From: Octopus sinensis
Lineage: Eukaryota
Reading direction: 5' to 3'
Assembly: GCF_006345805.1 (NCBI RefSeq)
Contig: NC_043010.1
Coordinates: 41,168,001-41,232,000, forward strand
Length of the DNA: 64,000 nt
Part shown: piece after piece, positions 51,980 through 63,120 of the stretch
Position numbering within the stretch: the first letter of the stretch is position 1
Layout of the letters: every line of letters begins with the position of its first letter
Translations under genes and position numbers: made by a program
The notes under the pieces: model-generated
Seen by the model: the letters and a program-made list of their open reading frames with translations, nothing else
The model's database searches: none
What the model was told of the DNA's origin: nothing

Positions 51980-52092
51980 GTATTTGATGAGTGGTGCTCA
52001 GATGGAAGATACTGAGCGAAACCAGATTGATCAAGATTGTGAAAAAGTCATTAAGACATGCCAAGACACCATCAAACATTTCAAACAAGAAG
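51980..52092 (+). CDS. STX18: Syntaxin-18 coding exon 3 (113 nt)
   Basis: tttcag|(G)YLMSGAQMEDTERNQIDQDCEKVIKTCQDTIKHFKQE|gtatat; STX18 MTDTERDQIDQD motif; phase 2 to 1. Confidence 0.95.
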
Positions 52093-52560
52093 GTATATTA
52101 AAAATTAACATTAGAAGTTTTGGATTTTTTTTTAACATTCCAAAATTTGGCCTTTGTCATGATTCAATATCTTTCGTAATATACTTGCATTTAGTGTCTC
52201 AGAGAAGAAAGATGTGTGGAAGTGGCACTATGAAAGAATACTAAATTCGAAAAATGAATAGGAGGAGAGTCTTTCTAATATCAAACCAATTGAAGGACCA
52301 GCTCTTCCTAACACCAACCACTTTATAGAATGTATTGAGTGCTTTTTATGTGCCACCAGTACTGACAGTTGACAAGTACCTTGCAAAGCAGAAACCCCTC
52401 AACTGGAAGTGGCAGTTGTATTGAGTGACTGTGGTTTTGTGCCAGTTGAGAAATTAAAGGTATAGAGGGACAGAGACCGGTGTCTTGTAGTAAATACATG
52501 GACACCCAGTATGTGTGTGTGTGTATGTGAAATAAAAATTAAAGATCATGGTTTGTGGTG

Positions 52561-52694
52561 TTGTTTTTATCTCATAGTTAACAGTTGTTTCAACAATTCC
52601 ATAGTAACCAGTCTTGTGCCGTGTTTATAATCATGACACAGTATTAGTCACCATGGAATTGTTGAAACAATTGTCAACTATGGAATAAAAATAA
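52561..52694. repeat. Long imperfect palindrome/hairpin in the STX18 intron between coding exons 3 and 4
   Basis: CATAGTTAACAGTTGTTTCAACAATTCCATAGTAAC...GTCACCATGGAATTGTTGAAACAATTGTCAACTATG with an about 8-nt loop. Confidence 0.9.
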
Positions 52695-52964
52695 GTTGAA
52701 AACTCCAGTCTTCAGTTTTCATTTACACTCTACAGCAGAAACCTAACTTGTGGATTTTCTGTTTTTTTGGAGCAACTGTTTCATAAGGATGTATCCTCTT
52801 TGCAATTTTGAGATATCTGCTGTCTATTGAGGTACTTCCTAAGGTAAATGCCTGGATTATCTTATTCCAACTGATCTACTATATATACATGTGTGTGAGT
52901 GTGTGTATAAAAATATTTTTGTTGATTTATAATTATTTCTTATGTCCATATTTATATCTTACAG

Positions 52965-53042
52965 CTAGTGCCCAGAAGGTATCTCCTCAAGTTCGACAAC
53001 ACTGGGATGGAGTCATTTCACTTTTGGAAGCTTATCTAAAAT
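52965..53042 (+). CDS. STX18: Syntaxin-18 coding exon 4 (78 nt)
   Basis: ttacag|(A)SAQKVSPQVRQHWDGVISLLEAYLK|gtaaga; aligns with SQQVKEHRTAVLDFIEDYLK; phase 1 to 1. Confidence 0.92.
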
Positions 53043-53054
53043 GTAAGATTTTAT

Positions 53055-53462
53055 TTACTCTTTACTCTTTTACTTGTTTCAGTCATGTGACTGTGGCCAT
53101 GCTGGAGCACCGCCTTTAGTCGATCAAATCGACCCCAGGACTTATTCTTTGGAAGCCTAGTACTTATTTTATCGGTCTCTTTTTGCCGAACCGCTAAGTT
53201 ACGGGGACGTATACACACCAGCATCGGTTGTCAAGCGATGTTGGGGGGACAAACACAGACACACAAACACGCACATACACACATATATATATATATACAT
53301 ATATACGACGAGCTTCTTTCAGTTTCCGTCTACCAAATCCACTCACAAGGCTGGCTTTGGTCGGCTCAAGGCTATAGTAGATGACACTTACCCAAGGTGC
53401 CACGCAGTGGGCCTGAACCCGGAACCATGTGGTTGGTAAGCAAGCTACTTACCACACAGCCA
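53055..53462 (-). mobile_element. SINE family B, starting about 12 nt after the STX18 exon-4 donor
   Basis: Reverse complement of the SINE-B copies at 4418 and 40005. Confidence 0.88.
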
Positions 53463-54294
53463 TTAAAATGTTACTAGTTTCACTTTTTGGACTGTTACAA
53501 TGCTTGGACACCACTTTCCATGATTTTTAGTCTATTATATCAAACACAGTATTTAATCTACACCTTTTATTTACCGAATGGTTAAGTCAGTTTTTATCCC
53601 CACTTTATTTTTAGTTTAAAGGAATGTAACTCAAGGCGGTTGCCAAATTTCATTGTGAAGGTACCACACTCATCTAAGGTGATGGGCTGGAGGAATTGAT
53701 AACATGGAACAAGATGCTTGATGTATCTGTTCTGAGTCTTTGCACATGGTTTCCAGTCCCACTGCATGGCACCTTAAGCGAGTGTCTTCTGCTTTAGCCC
53801 TGGGCCAACCAAAGCATCATCATCATCGTTTAACGTCTGCTTTCCATACTAGCATGGGTTGGATGATTTTGACTGAGAGGGCTGGTGAACCAGATGGCTG
53901 CACCAGGCTCCTATCTTGATCTGGCAGAGTTTCTACAGCTGGATGCCCTTCCTAACGCCAACCACTCCGAGAGTGTAGTGAGTGCTTTTTACGTGCATGA
54001 GTAGATTTAAGCTGAAAGAAACTCGCTGTATCTGCACATGTCTGTGTGTCTGTTTGTTAGTCTGAGTTCATATTTACTCTTGCTAGCATGGAAAAGAAGT
54101 AGACATTAAAACAGTAATGATGGGACATACCATCAATGAATGTACATTTATATTACTTGTCCATACCAATACAGCCATCTCTCTTATGCACAGGTTAACA
54201 TCTTGAATATTTAGACTGTGTGTTAAAAATAATAGAGTAGGTGGATTGTTTTAGAAGTAAGGTTTAGACCAAAATGTTTTGTAAAACATAATTG

Positions 54295-54711
54295 GGATCT
54301 TTTCGGTTTGAACGGCAGTTTTTTCTAGCGATGTCATATAAAATTGTCGCCCATAATTACGACCCTAGTATCGATCTATTGCATTTCAATCTGTTTTAGG
54401 GTTAGGGTTAGGGGTGGGGGGAAGGGTATCTTTTTTTCTTCACAAATGTAAATAAACCCAATCTGCTTCTTAAACGAGGGACATATTCATACGGCACAGA
54501 ATGTTTTTTAACTCAATAGACGTCAGTGATTGGTTGAAATTGCAGAAATTGAAGAAAAAACACAACAAATATCTTGCAAACTATAGAATTTTCTCAATAA
54601 AGCCAAGAGAAAAAGATGTTTTATAAACACATTCTACCAGTATATGAAGTTTAAAATTTTTTAGTTGCCTAGAGATTATGTTAAAAACTGCCGTTCGAAC
54701 CGAAAAGATCC
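54295..54711. mobile_element. MITE family 1, copy C (417 bp)
   Basis: 8-bp TSD CATAATTG at 54287-54294 and 54712-54719; (TTAGGG)3 at 54396-54413. Confidence 0.93.
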
Positions 54712-54980
54712 CATAATTGTCTTTTACATTCTGATAGGATTGAAAGGGTCATCTTTAATTTCCCAATCCATGTTGCTAAAATAAGTACTTGTTTTACTAC
54801 TGAAGAGTAGGAATGAGCTAGTCAATTCAACTAACTATACTTCTCCCTCACAGATGTGTGACTGAGCCAGTGTAAGATACTAATATTTCAGTAAAAAGCA
54901 GTTTTTCTGAATTTTTGTTTGTATTTATATTTACCTCTTTGTGAAATTATATTTTCCCACTTTTATTTATTCCTATACAG

Positions 54981-55047
54981 CTGTTTGCAAAATGTACAGT
55001 GAACAAAGAGCCGTTCGAGTGAAGCGGGTTGTCGACAAGAAACGCAT
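54981..55047 (+). CDS. STX18: Syntaxin-18 coding exon 5 (67 nt)
   Basis: atacag|(S)VCKMYSEQRAVRVKRVVDKKR|gtaagt; near-identical to STX18 VCKLYSEQRAIRVKRVVDKKR; phase 1 to 2. Confidence 0.96.
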
Positions 55048-55929
55048 GTAAGTACCAAACAAGAGATATGCATGCAGCTAGTACTACATGCATATTTTCT
55101 ACACTCTTTTTTCCACTCAGGTTGACTTCCCATAAAGTGCAAAAATAACTTATAGTCCCGAGTTTGAGGCGGTAGAATATCAGGTACTCTATAGTATAAT
55201 GAGGGATGTGGTTGCCTGGCAACAAATAGACATATGGGTTGATTCTTGTCTGTAGACCTTTCTGAACTTGGTGCTTATAATGGCAAATATTTAAATAGTT
55301 GTAAATGAGTGCCATTGTCATAGAAGCAGTGTCATTCATTTCCAGTCTTCCAGGGAAACATGTCTGATGATGAAGAAATATTTCTTTGCTTGGAAAGAAG
55401 TGAGGATTGGCAACAGGAAGGGTATCTAACTGTAGAAAATCTTCCTCAAGAAATTCCATCTGACTGTTGCAAACATTGCAAGTGAACATTAAAACTACAA
55501 TGATGATGATGTCTACAAACAGAAACTCTCCTAAAGCTAGGTTGGTAGATGATTGATACACATTTAGCATCATAGAAACCACAGATAAACCAGATTCAGT
55601 GAAGTATACTCTCTAATTATGTAGCTAAGATGGCAAAATCAGAACCATTACTAATCAGACTTCACATAGGTAACCTAGTGAAAACCTCTCACTCTTTCAC
55701 TGGATAGCTCAGGGAATTTTAGTCTCTTGCTAAGGTTTTGTTGTGTTACTGAACTGGATTAACCTTTTCTAGTTATACCCCACTCAAGGGAGCAGTTTAT
55801 TTCTTATCTGTTAAAATCTATAATGGAATTCAAATATTGGTTGAGGAAATAATTATTTGGTAATTGTATTATTACTGTCTGCTTTTACTAAATTATTTCA
55901 CGTACAAGTCAAATGGAAATAGTAGTTGT

Positions 55930-56233
55930 GATACCTGTGCCAGTGGCACGTAAAAAGCACCATCCGAACGTGGCCAATGCCAGTGCCGCCTTGACTGGCT
56001 TCTGTGCCGGTGGCACGTAAAAAGCACCAACCAATCATGGACGCTGCCAGACTCCCCTGGCACATAAAAAGCACCCAATACACTCATGGAGTGGTTGGCG
56101 TTAGGAAGGGCATCCAGCTGTAGGAATACTGCCAGATCAGACTGGAGCCTGGTGCAGCCTTCTGGCTTCCCAGACCTCGGTCGAACCGTACAACCCGTGC
56201 TAGCACGGAAAACGGACGTTGAACGATGATGAT
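55930..56233 (+). mobile_element. RTE 3' UTR fragment with (GAT)n tail; similar fragments at 13880, 28500(-), 31067(-), 53815(-), 56606, 58100
   Basis: GGCACGTAAAAAGCACC modules and TTAGGAAGGGCATCCAGCTGTAG core. Confidence 0.85.
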
Positions 56234-57193
56234 GACAAGTCACTGACCATCTCATTAAATTAAGCTCTTGGTCAGTAGTGTTGTTACGTCCATTCTCTTA
56301 CTACAACCATACACAAGTACAACACCAATATTCCAGACAATAATGGTTTGGACATTTTTGTAGTCTGCAATGATTTACAAGCTGTAACTTCAAATTCCCA
56401 CAGCTGCCAGACTAGTTTACTAGTGCTTTGCACCCTTACACAGACTAGTATCATTTATACTAATGTACAGGTAACCAGGATTTCATTTAATTTATTTAAG
56501 TAAACTCAACATTTGTTTAACTTCAAGTGTATTGACAAAAAAGACTATGTCTGTTTTGCGAAAATCAGTAATCTGGAAAGACTTTGGAACTAAAGGTTCT
56601 GGAAAATCACAGCCTCGCCTGGCCCCCGTGCTGGTGGCACGTAAAAAGCACCATCCGACCGTGGCCGTTTGCCAGCCTCGTCTGGCACCTGTGCCGGTGG
56701 TACATAAAAAGCACCCACTACACTCACGGAGTGGTTGGCGTTAGGAAGGGCATCCAGCCGTAGAAACATTGCCAGATCAGACTGGGCCTGGTGCAGCCTT
56801 CTGGCTTCCCAGACCCCAGTTGCACCGTCCAACCCATGCTATCATGGAAAGCGAACGCTAAATGATGATAATGATGATGATGATGTACCTGAACTGTTAC
56901 TCTTGAACTTCATTGTCTTGTTTTTGTTTATTGTTGTTATTACTACTGCAATTGTCACTTTTACATATATTTTCCCTGCTGATATGGTGTAGTCTATATA
57001 ATACAGTATCCATCTAGATCCTACATCATATTGCCTGAGGTTTTGGTCTGGTCCTATGTTCACAGCCCCTTCCAGAGGCTGTCTTTACCCCGTTTGAGTA
57101 ATAGAATTAAATCAATTTGAATTTCTTATATAATAATAGTAATAATAATGATGATGATGATGATAATTCTTGGTCTCCCTTGATTTCTGACAG

Positions 57194-57273
57194 CTCGAGA
57201 TTGGAACCAGAACAAAGACTGCGTGACAGTTTCAAGAAGTTGTCTTCTAGTGACAAACCTGTGGCTTCTGAGG
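57194..57273 (+). CDS. STX18: Syntaxin-18 coding exon 6 (80 nt)
   Basis: tgacag|(I)SRLEPEQRLRDSFKKLSSSDKPVASE|gtaaaa; SRLEPE matches STX18 SKLEPE; phase 2 to 1. Confidence 0.88.
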
Positions 57274-57407
57274 GTAAAACGTTTTTTTTCTCCCTCTGTC
57301 TAAGCATCTGCTTGAATGTAATTCTTTACTTTCTCATAGTCCCAGATGTTGCCAACAAGGATAAAATATTTGCAATAGCAACACTTACCTTAGTCATAAG
57401 TAAAAAT

Positions 57408-57640
57408 AAGGCGGCAAGCTGACAGAACCATTAGCACGCCGGGCGAAATTCGTAGCTGTATTTCGTCTGCTGTTACATTCTGAGTTCAAATTCTGCCAAG
57501 GTCGGCTTTGCCTTTCATCCTTTCGGGGTTGATGAACAAAGTACCAGTTACGCACTGGGGTCGATGTAATCGACTTAATCCCTTTGTCTGTCCTTGTTTG
57601 TCCCCTCTATGTGTAGTCCCTTGTGGGCAATAAACAAATA
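57408..57640 (+). mobile_element. SINE family A
   Basis: Full-length; ATAAGTAAAA on both flanks. Confidence 0.88.
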
Positions 57641-57766
57641 TATAAGTAAAAGTAAGGATTGGCAAACTATGTTTCCCTACAGATTGTAGCAGCAGAGGCA
57701 TTGATTAACAGGGTTTTGTATGACTATGAGCAAGTCTTCCTCTGAACCAGTGCCATGTTAGACCCG

Positions 57767-57986
57767 TACAAGGAGGTGCTGAAAAGTTCTTGCTTTGGGT
57801 ATAAGAAAATACAGGAGGATCAGTTAATTATGATTTTATTCAACATATTCCTCCCTCAGGTTCATATACTTATTGCAGTGGTCCTTCAGTTTTTCTAAAC
57901 CCTGTAAAAGAACTCAGAAGGTTGGACCTCCAATCGAGCTTTTTGGGATACCCTTAAAACCCGGAACTTTTCAGCACTCCCTCATA
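57767..57986. mobile_element. Tc1/mariner-type MITE (TA-flanked)
   Basis: TA|CAAGGAGGTGCTGAAAAGTTC...GAACTTTTCAGCACTCCCTCA|TA. Confidence 0.8.
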
Positions 57987-59211
57987 ATAGTACCAACTTT
58001 TGGTATGTCAGCCATATTACTGTAAAAGTTGGATAGCTGAGTCAGTGCTCTTGGTAATAAGACAATCAAGTTGCTGGTAGTTCACTCTTTGACCCTCGTC
58101 TAGGCCGTTTGCCAGCCTCGTCTGGCACCTGTGCAGGTGGCACATAAAAAGCACCCACTACACTCACGGAGTGGTTGGCATGAGGAAGGGCATCCAGCTG
58201 TAGAAACACTGCCAGATCAGACTGGCCTGGCACAGCCTACTGGCTTCCCAGACCCCAGTTGAACCGTCCAACCCATGCTAGCATGGAAAACGGACGTTAA
58301 ACGATGATGATAATGATGATGTCCAGCTCTGTCCGTTAAACGATGATGATGATGGTGATGATGATGATTGTATCTATGGCAACTTAAATCTGAGAAAAAT
58401 GCAAGGTAGTGTTGAGCAACTCACCACTGGTTACAACTGAACACTGTTGCTCAACCTACTAGAAATAGCAGTCAAATCACACTTTATCGTTTTAAAATAG
58501 GAAAGGATGCACATTAGATAATGTAGTCTCAGATACTTCCCAAAGAGATGGTTGAAATGCTTTTGGGCACAGGTCTGTTTGTTCAGGTTGACCTGGGGTT
58601 AGTCAACAATAACAGCAGTACTGTAAAACTGAACAAAGTTTTTACTTAGTTTGGACTGCCAGGTTCAATTCTGTTCAACAGGGAAGAAGTTATCTATGAT
58701 AGATTAGCTCTCTCTCTCATTTGCTGCCTCTTAGCCATTTAACATCATAGACACCAAAAATAAGCCATGATCTTGTGAACTTTGGAGTTTTATGAAGGTA
58801 TACCGTATACAGTTTTGTAGTTATAAAAACAACTTAGAAATATTTTGGAATATCATTGCTGATTTGTCATAGACTGTGATTTTCATGACTAAGAGGAGAG
58901 CCTTCAAAGACTCAGACATAGGCCTTCAGAGTCTGAAATTCTGGTCTTCAAAGATCATGAGCAACCTTCAAAAACTAACTCTTGCTTTAAAGACAAAGAC
59001 ACAGGTTTTCGAAGACTTACACACTGGCTTTCACAGACAAATCCCAATGGAGATTATTCTCTCCTGCTTCAAATTCAGTGTTATTATTATGGCTTCTTCT
59101 AATAAAATATCTCCATTTCTACCTAATTTTATTTTATTATATTTTTTTTCTGTTTGCATCAAGCATTGTTTATCCAAAAATTCTTTTTATCATTTATCTT
59201 ATATAATTCAG

Positions 59212-59336
59212 AAAAAGCTGAAAATGAAACTGGCAAAATTCCTGCAAAGGATCAAACAAATATCAAAACTTCTTGGCAACCATCAGATGAAGAAGTTGAT
59301 GAGGAAGATGTGATATCACCTGAAGAAGCAGAAAAA
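59212..59336 (+). CDS. STX18: Syntaxin-18 coding exon 7 (125 nt, acidic linker)
   Basis: attcag|(E)KAENETGKIPAKDQTNIKTSWQPSDEEVDEEDVISPEEAEK|gtacat; ends like STX18 EDELSPEEIQM; phase 1 to 0; weak donor. Confidence 0.85.
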
Positions 59337-59719
59337 GTACATATCTGATGTTTATGGTGTTTTTTTTAACGTTTTTTTTTTTCCTTTTACTAAAATATTA
59401 GTTTCAGATTTTTCATTTGTAACCATGTGATTCTTGATTCAATCCTTCAGTGTGACAATTTGGGTATGTGTCTTCTATCTTAATCTCGAGTTGATCAAAG
59501 TCTTGTGAGTGAAATTTAGTAGATAGAAACTATGTGAAGGCTTGTGTGTGTGGGTGAGGGTGTATTTATAGAGAGTTACATTTCAAGGTTAAAACATTCA
59601 ATGATCATTCGACACCATGTGATGACATCAATTCCTTCTGATCAAAGCTACATACACCAAAGGTGAAGAAAAGGGAAGTAGTTTTTTTTTAGATGTTATT
59701 AATCTAACCTCTCTCTCTC

Positions 59720-59877
59720 ATATTTCATACGAAATAACTTCGTAAATATAAACTTTTCTCAAAAACGCTTAGAGTAAAAGATGTTTTATACGACACATTC
59801 TACCAGTATACGATGTTTGAAAGTGTTTAGTTACAAAAAATTTTTTTCTAAATCTGCCTGTCAAAAGGTAAAGATCC
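59720..59877. mobile_element. One-ended, diverged relative of MITE family 1
   Basis: Shares ACACATTCTACCAGTATACG..GTTT.AAAGTGTTTAGTTA and ends in AAAGATCC; the other end is not seen. Confidence 0.55.
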
Positions 59878-60355
59878 CCTGTCGAGCCATCCAAACCATG
59901 CCAGCATGGAAAACAGACATTAAATGTTGATGGTGGTGATGATATATATTATTTTAACATCCACTTTTCCATCCTTGCATGGGAGATTTTCTATGGCCAG
60001 ATGCCCTTCATGTCATCAATCCTCATTTGTTTTCAAGCAGTGTGTAATATTCCCTCATGGGCAGACATATTTTCACAAAAGATTGGAAATGGACACTGCT
60101 TGTTTGATGGTGACACTCGTTTACAACTAGACAAGAAGACAAAACACACCTGCACCCATACACACACATATATACTTATGTATGTGTGTGGTGGTGCATG
60201 GCCAGGTGGTTCAGATGTTTGGTTCACAATCATAATGCCATGGGTTCAGTTCTTGGATTGGGTGATACATTATGTCCATGAGTAAGATACTTCACTTCAT
60301 ATTGCTCCAGTCTGTACAGCTAAAAATTAGTACCAGCCAAATGTTGGTACATCTC

Positions 60356-60407
<52 letters not shown>

Positions 60408-60561
60408 CAGCTGTCACATCCTGGATGTGCTACTGGGTCAAAGGGCAGTCTAGTTAAGAGTGTGTCTATATCTACTTGTTACCACATAGAGACCCAAAAC
60501 AATTTATAAAAACATAGTACATGTTTCCAAGCTCTACTCATTTCTGTATGACAGCTGATAT

Positions 60562-60823
60562 CACTTGATCACTTCGACCGACCAGTCCGTCAGGCGTCCA
60601 TTTGACACCGCTGGTCACAGCACGCTGTCCACTCCTCTCTGGATCGCGCCTTTCTCATCCACGTGATCCCAATCGTCCTCTTGAAATCGTCACTCCACCG
60701 TCGTGGAGGTCTTCCAGGTGGTCTTTTCTGCTCACGCAGGTACCACTCGACAACTGCGTGCGTCCACCGATTATCGGTGATCCGGGCGACGTGTCCAGCC
60801 CATCTATACTTGCTGTCAACAGC
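60562..60823 (-). mobile_element. Young 5'-truncated RTE LINE (262 bp)
   Basis: Open frame KYRWAGHVARITDNRWTHAVVEWY...RPPGRPPRRWSD; 14-bp TSD ATGACAGCTGATAT at 60548-60561 and 60824-60837. Confidence 0.92.
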
Positions 60824-60856
60824 ATGACAGCTGATATACATCCATACATATATACA

Positions 60857-60888
<32 letters not shown>

Positions 60889-60984
60889 GTGGTCAACCTG
60901 AGGAGATACATGCCCAAAATTCTATGCTAACCAGTTACCCAGGCTTGCACTATGTAAATGTTTTATTTATTTTTTAAATTTTAG

Positions 60985-61043
60985 TTTGAAGAAGAAAACC
61001 AAGCATTGATGGATGAAATGCATAGTTTGATGTCTGAAGTTAA
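60985..61043 (+). CDS. STX18: Syntaxin-18 coding exon 8 (59 nt, start of SNARE motif)
   Basis: ttttag|FEEENQALMDEMHSLMSEV(K)|gtaagt; matches FEQENQRLIGEMNSLFDEVR; phase 0 to 2. Confidence 0.95.
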
Positions 61044-61433
61044 GTAAGTAAAAATCTTTGTTCTGTTATCTCCCTTCTGTTATAAACATGCTATACAGTT
61101 TAAAGCTGCAATGTTGAAATAGTGTTTCAGTCATTGAATATATGTGTGTGAGATTAGCTATTGTTGTTTAACTGTATGCCAACCTTGTCTGAGCAAACCG
61201 ATGGCCAAAGGTAATCCAGCCTTGACCATTTCCTTTTTATTTAGATGATTGAAGCCTGGTGCAGCCATCTGGTTCGCCAGCTCTCAGTCATTCGTCCAAC
61301 CCATGCTAGCATGGAAAGTGGACATTAAACAATGATGATATTGCATATTGAATACATTATCCAATATGCCCCTCTCCCTTGGGATGTGATTCAAAGGAGA
61401 TTCAGTGTTAATAAATCTCTTCTCTTTTTACAG

Positions 61434-61503
61434 ACAAATCGAAGGGAAAGTCCTGGAAGTGTCTCAACTACAAGAAATATTTGCAGAGAATGTTTGGGAT
61501 CAG
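61434..61503 (+). CDS. STX18: Syntaxin-18 coding exon 9 (70 nt, SNARE motif)
   Basis: ttacag|(K)QIEGKVLEVSQLQEIFAENVWDQ|gtaaac; matches QIEGRVVEISRLQEIFTEKVLQQ; phase 2 to 0. Confidence 0.95.
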
Positions 61504-61731
61504 GTAAACTAACCTTACCTCTTACTTGCATTCGTTTTGGTTTTTCCCAGTTTGAAGAACAAAGAATGAAGACATTGTTACCTTTCTCAGAGCTTGAATC
61601 CATGTCAAAGCAACATGTAGTTTGTTATATTAGCGCGAGTATGAGTGCAAGACGCCCAACCACTAGGCCACACACCTTACACTCAGTGTTCGTTTTGAAC
61701 AGTTGCAAGTCAACATCTATGAAAAAATATA

Positions 61732-62094
61732 TATTTCTTTACTGCACACAAGGGGCTAAACATAGAGGGGACAAAGACAAAGGGATTAAGTCGATTGCAT
61801 CGACCCCAGTGCGAAACTGGTACTTTATTTATCGACCCCGAAAGAATGAAAGGCAAAGTTGACCTCGGCGGAATTTGAACTCAGAACGTAACGGCAGACG
61901 AAATACCTATTTCTTTACTACCCACAAGGAGCTAAACACAGAGGAGACAAACGGATTAAGTCGATTACATCGACCCCGAAAGGATGAAAGGCAAAGTCAA
62001 CCTCGGCGGAATTTGAACTCAGAATGTAACGACAGACGAAATATCGCTAAGCATTTCGCCCGGCGTGCTAACGTTTCTGCCAGCTCGCCGCCTT
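61732..62094 (-). mobile_element. SINE-A dimer inside one TSD
   Basis: 17-bp TSD ATCTATGAAAAAATATA at 61715-61731 and 62095-62111. Confidence 0.88.
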
Positions 62095-63039
62095 ATCTAT
62101 GAAAAAATATACTAGAGGAAAAGCTCCTGCTGGCCATTATTCCAGAGAGGAAGGGTTGGCTGTAATAGTCAGTGGATAGATGAGATAAGGTAGGAGAAGT
62201 GAGTCTTAAGTGACTGAGTAGAGATGGCTTGAGACTAACCAGCTCCAAGTGCAAGTAATGATGGTTGGAGTTCAGTGGTGACTGACTCCATGCCTGTCAG
62301 TCAAGTGTAGATTAGGATAGCAAGATACAAACAACTGGCTAGTAACAACATCCAATTCACTAATTGCGTTAATAGTCCCTTGGTCTATACAGTCCTCTAA
62401 CAATCATACAACACCCTACCACCATTACACAAGCTGAAAAGGGCGTTTTTTTTTTTGATTGCTCGCTTGACTTACAAGTAATAGCAGCCAAATACTGCTA
62501 TTTTGAAAAAAAGAGAGACACATTGGACAATGTAATCATAAATTAATAAAGACAGGGTGGCTATGGGTATAGATCATCTGAGTCTGATTTGGAGTTAAAA
62601 ATAACAATCATTGTGCAAAGAAGGATAACTGCTGGTAAAATTGATAGTGCTGTGATGACAAGATGGTTCCATATGGGTACACTTACAGCTGCTTAACAGA
62701 TGAATGAAAGCATCGATGTTGTTTAACTCTAGATGAAGATCTGATCTAGTAGACATGTGGTCAAAAGTTCGATCTGTGACCATGCCAGTTTTTTTTTTGT
62801 TTTCTTTTTGCGGGGTGTCTCTTGGGGATGGTGGTAGGGTCTGTTAGAGACGATATGCATTGGGTTACATTTTCCTATGTGCATTTTTTCTTTTTTGCAG
62901 ATGGTAACATATGATTTGTTACTAGCTATAAAGTGGCTACATGGGGGTCCCCTTAGCTCGAATGAAGAGACGTATAACTAGCGTGAGTTTCAATGATTAA
63001 TAATATTAGTAACTATTCTTTCATGTTTGGTGATTGCAG

Positions 63040-63120
63040 GAAAAGAAGATTGACCAAATATATAACACTGTAAGTGGTACATCAGAAAATGTTACATCTG
63101 GAAATGAACAGATTCGAGAG
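63040..63120 (+). CDS. STX18: Syntaxin-18 coding exon 10 (81 nt, SNARE C-terminal half); TM-anchor exon not in window
   Basis: ttgcag|EKKIDQIYNTVSGTSENVTSGNEQIRE|gtaagc; matches [27 protein letters not shown]; phase 0 to 0. The ten exons sum to 903 nt with no stop. Confidence 0.94.

Noticed and set aside
51974-51986. AG|GT at the STX18 exon-3 acceptor as a recursive splice site
   Set aside because: GTATTT is a poor donor and AG|G starts are common; nothing further supports it.
54947-55582. 211-aa minus-strand ORF
   Set aside because: Antisense to STX18 exon 5 plus an old repeat; no independent coding signal.
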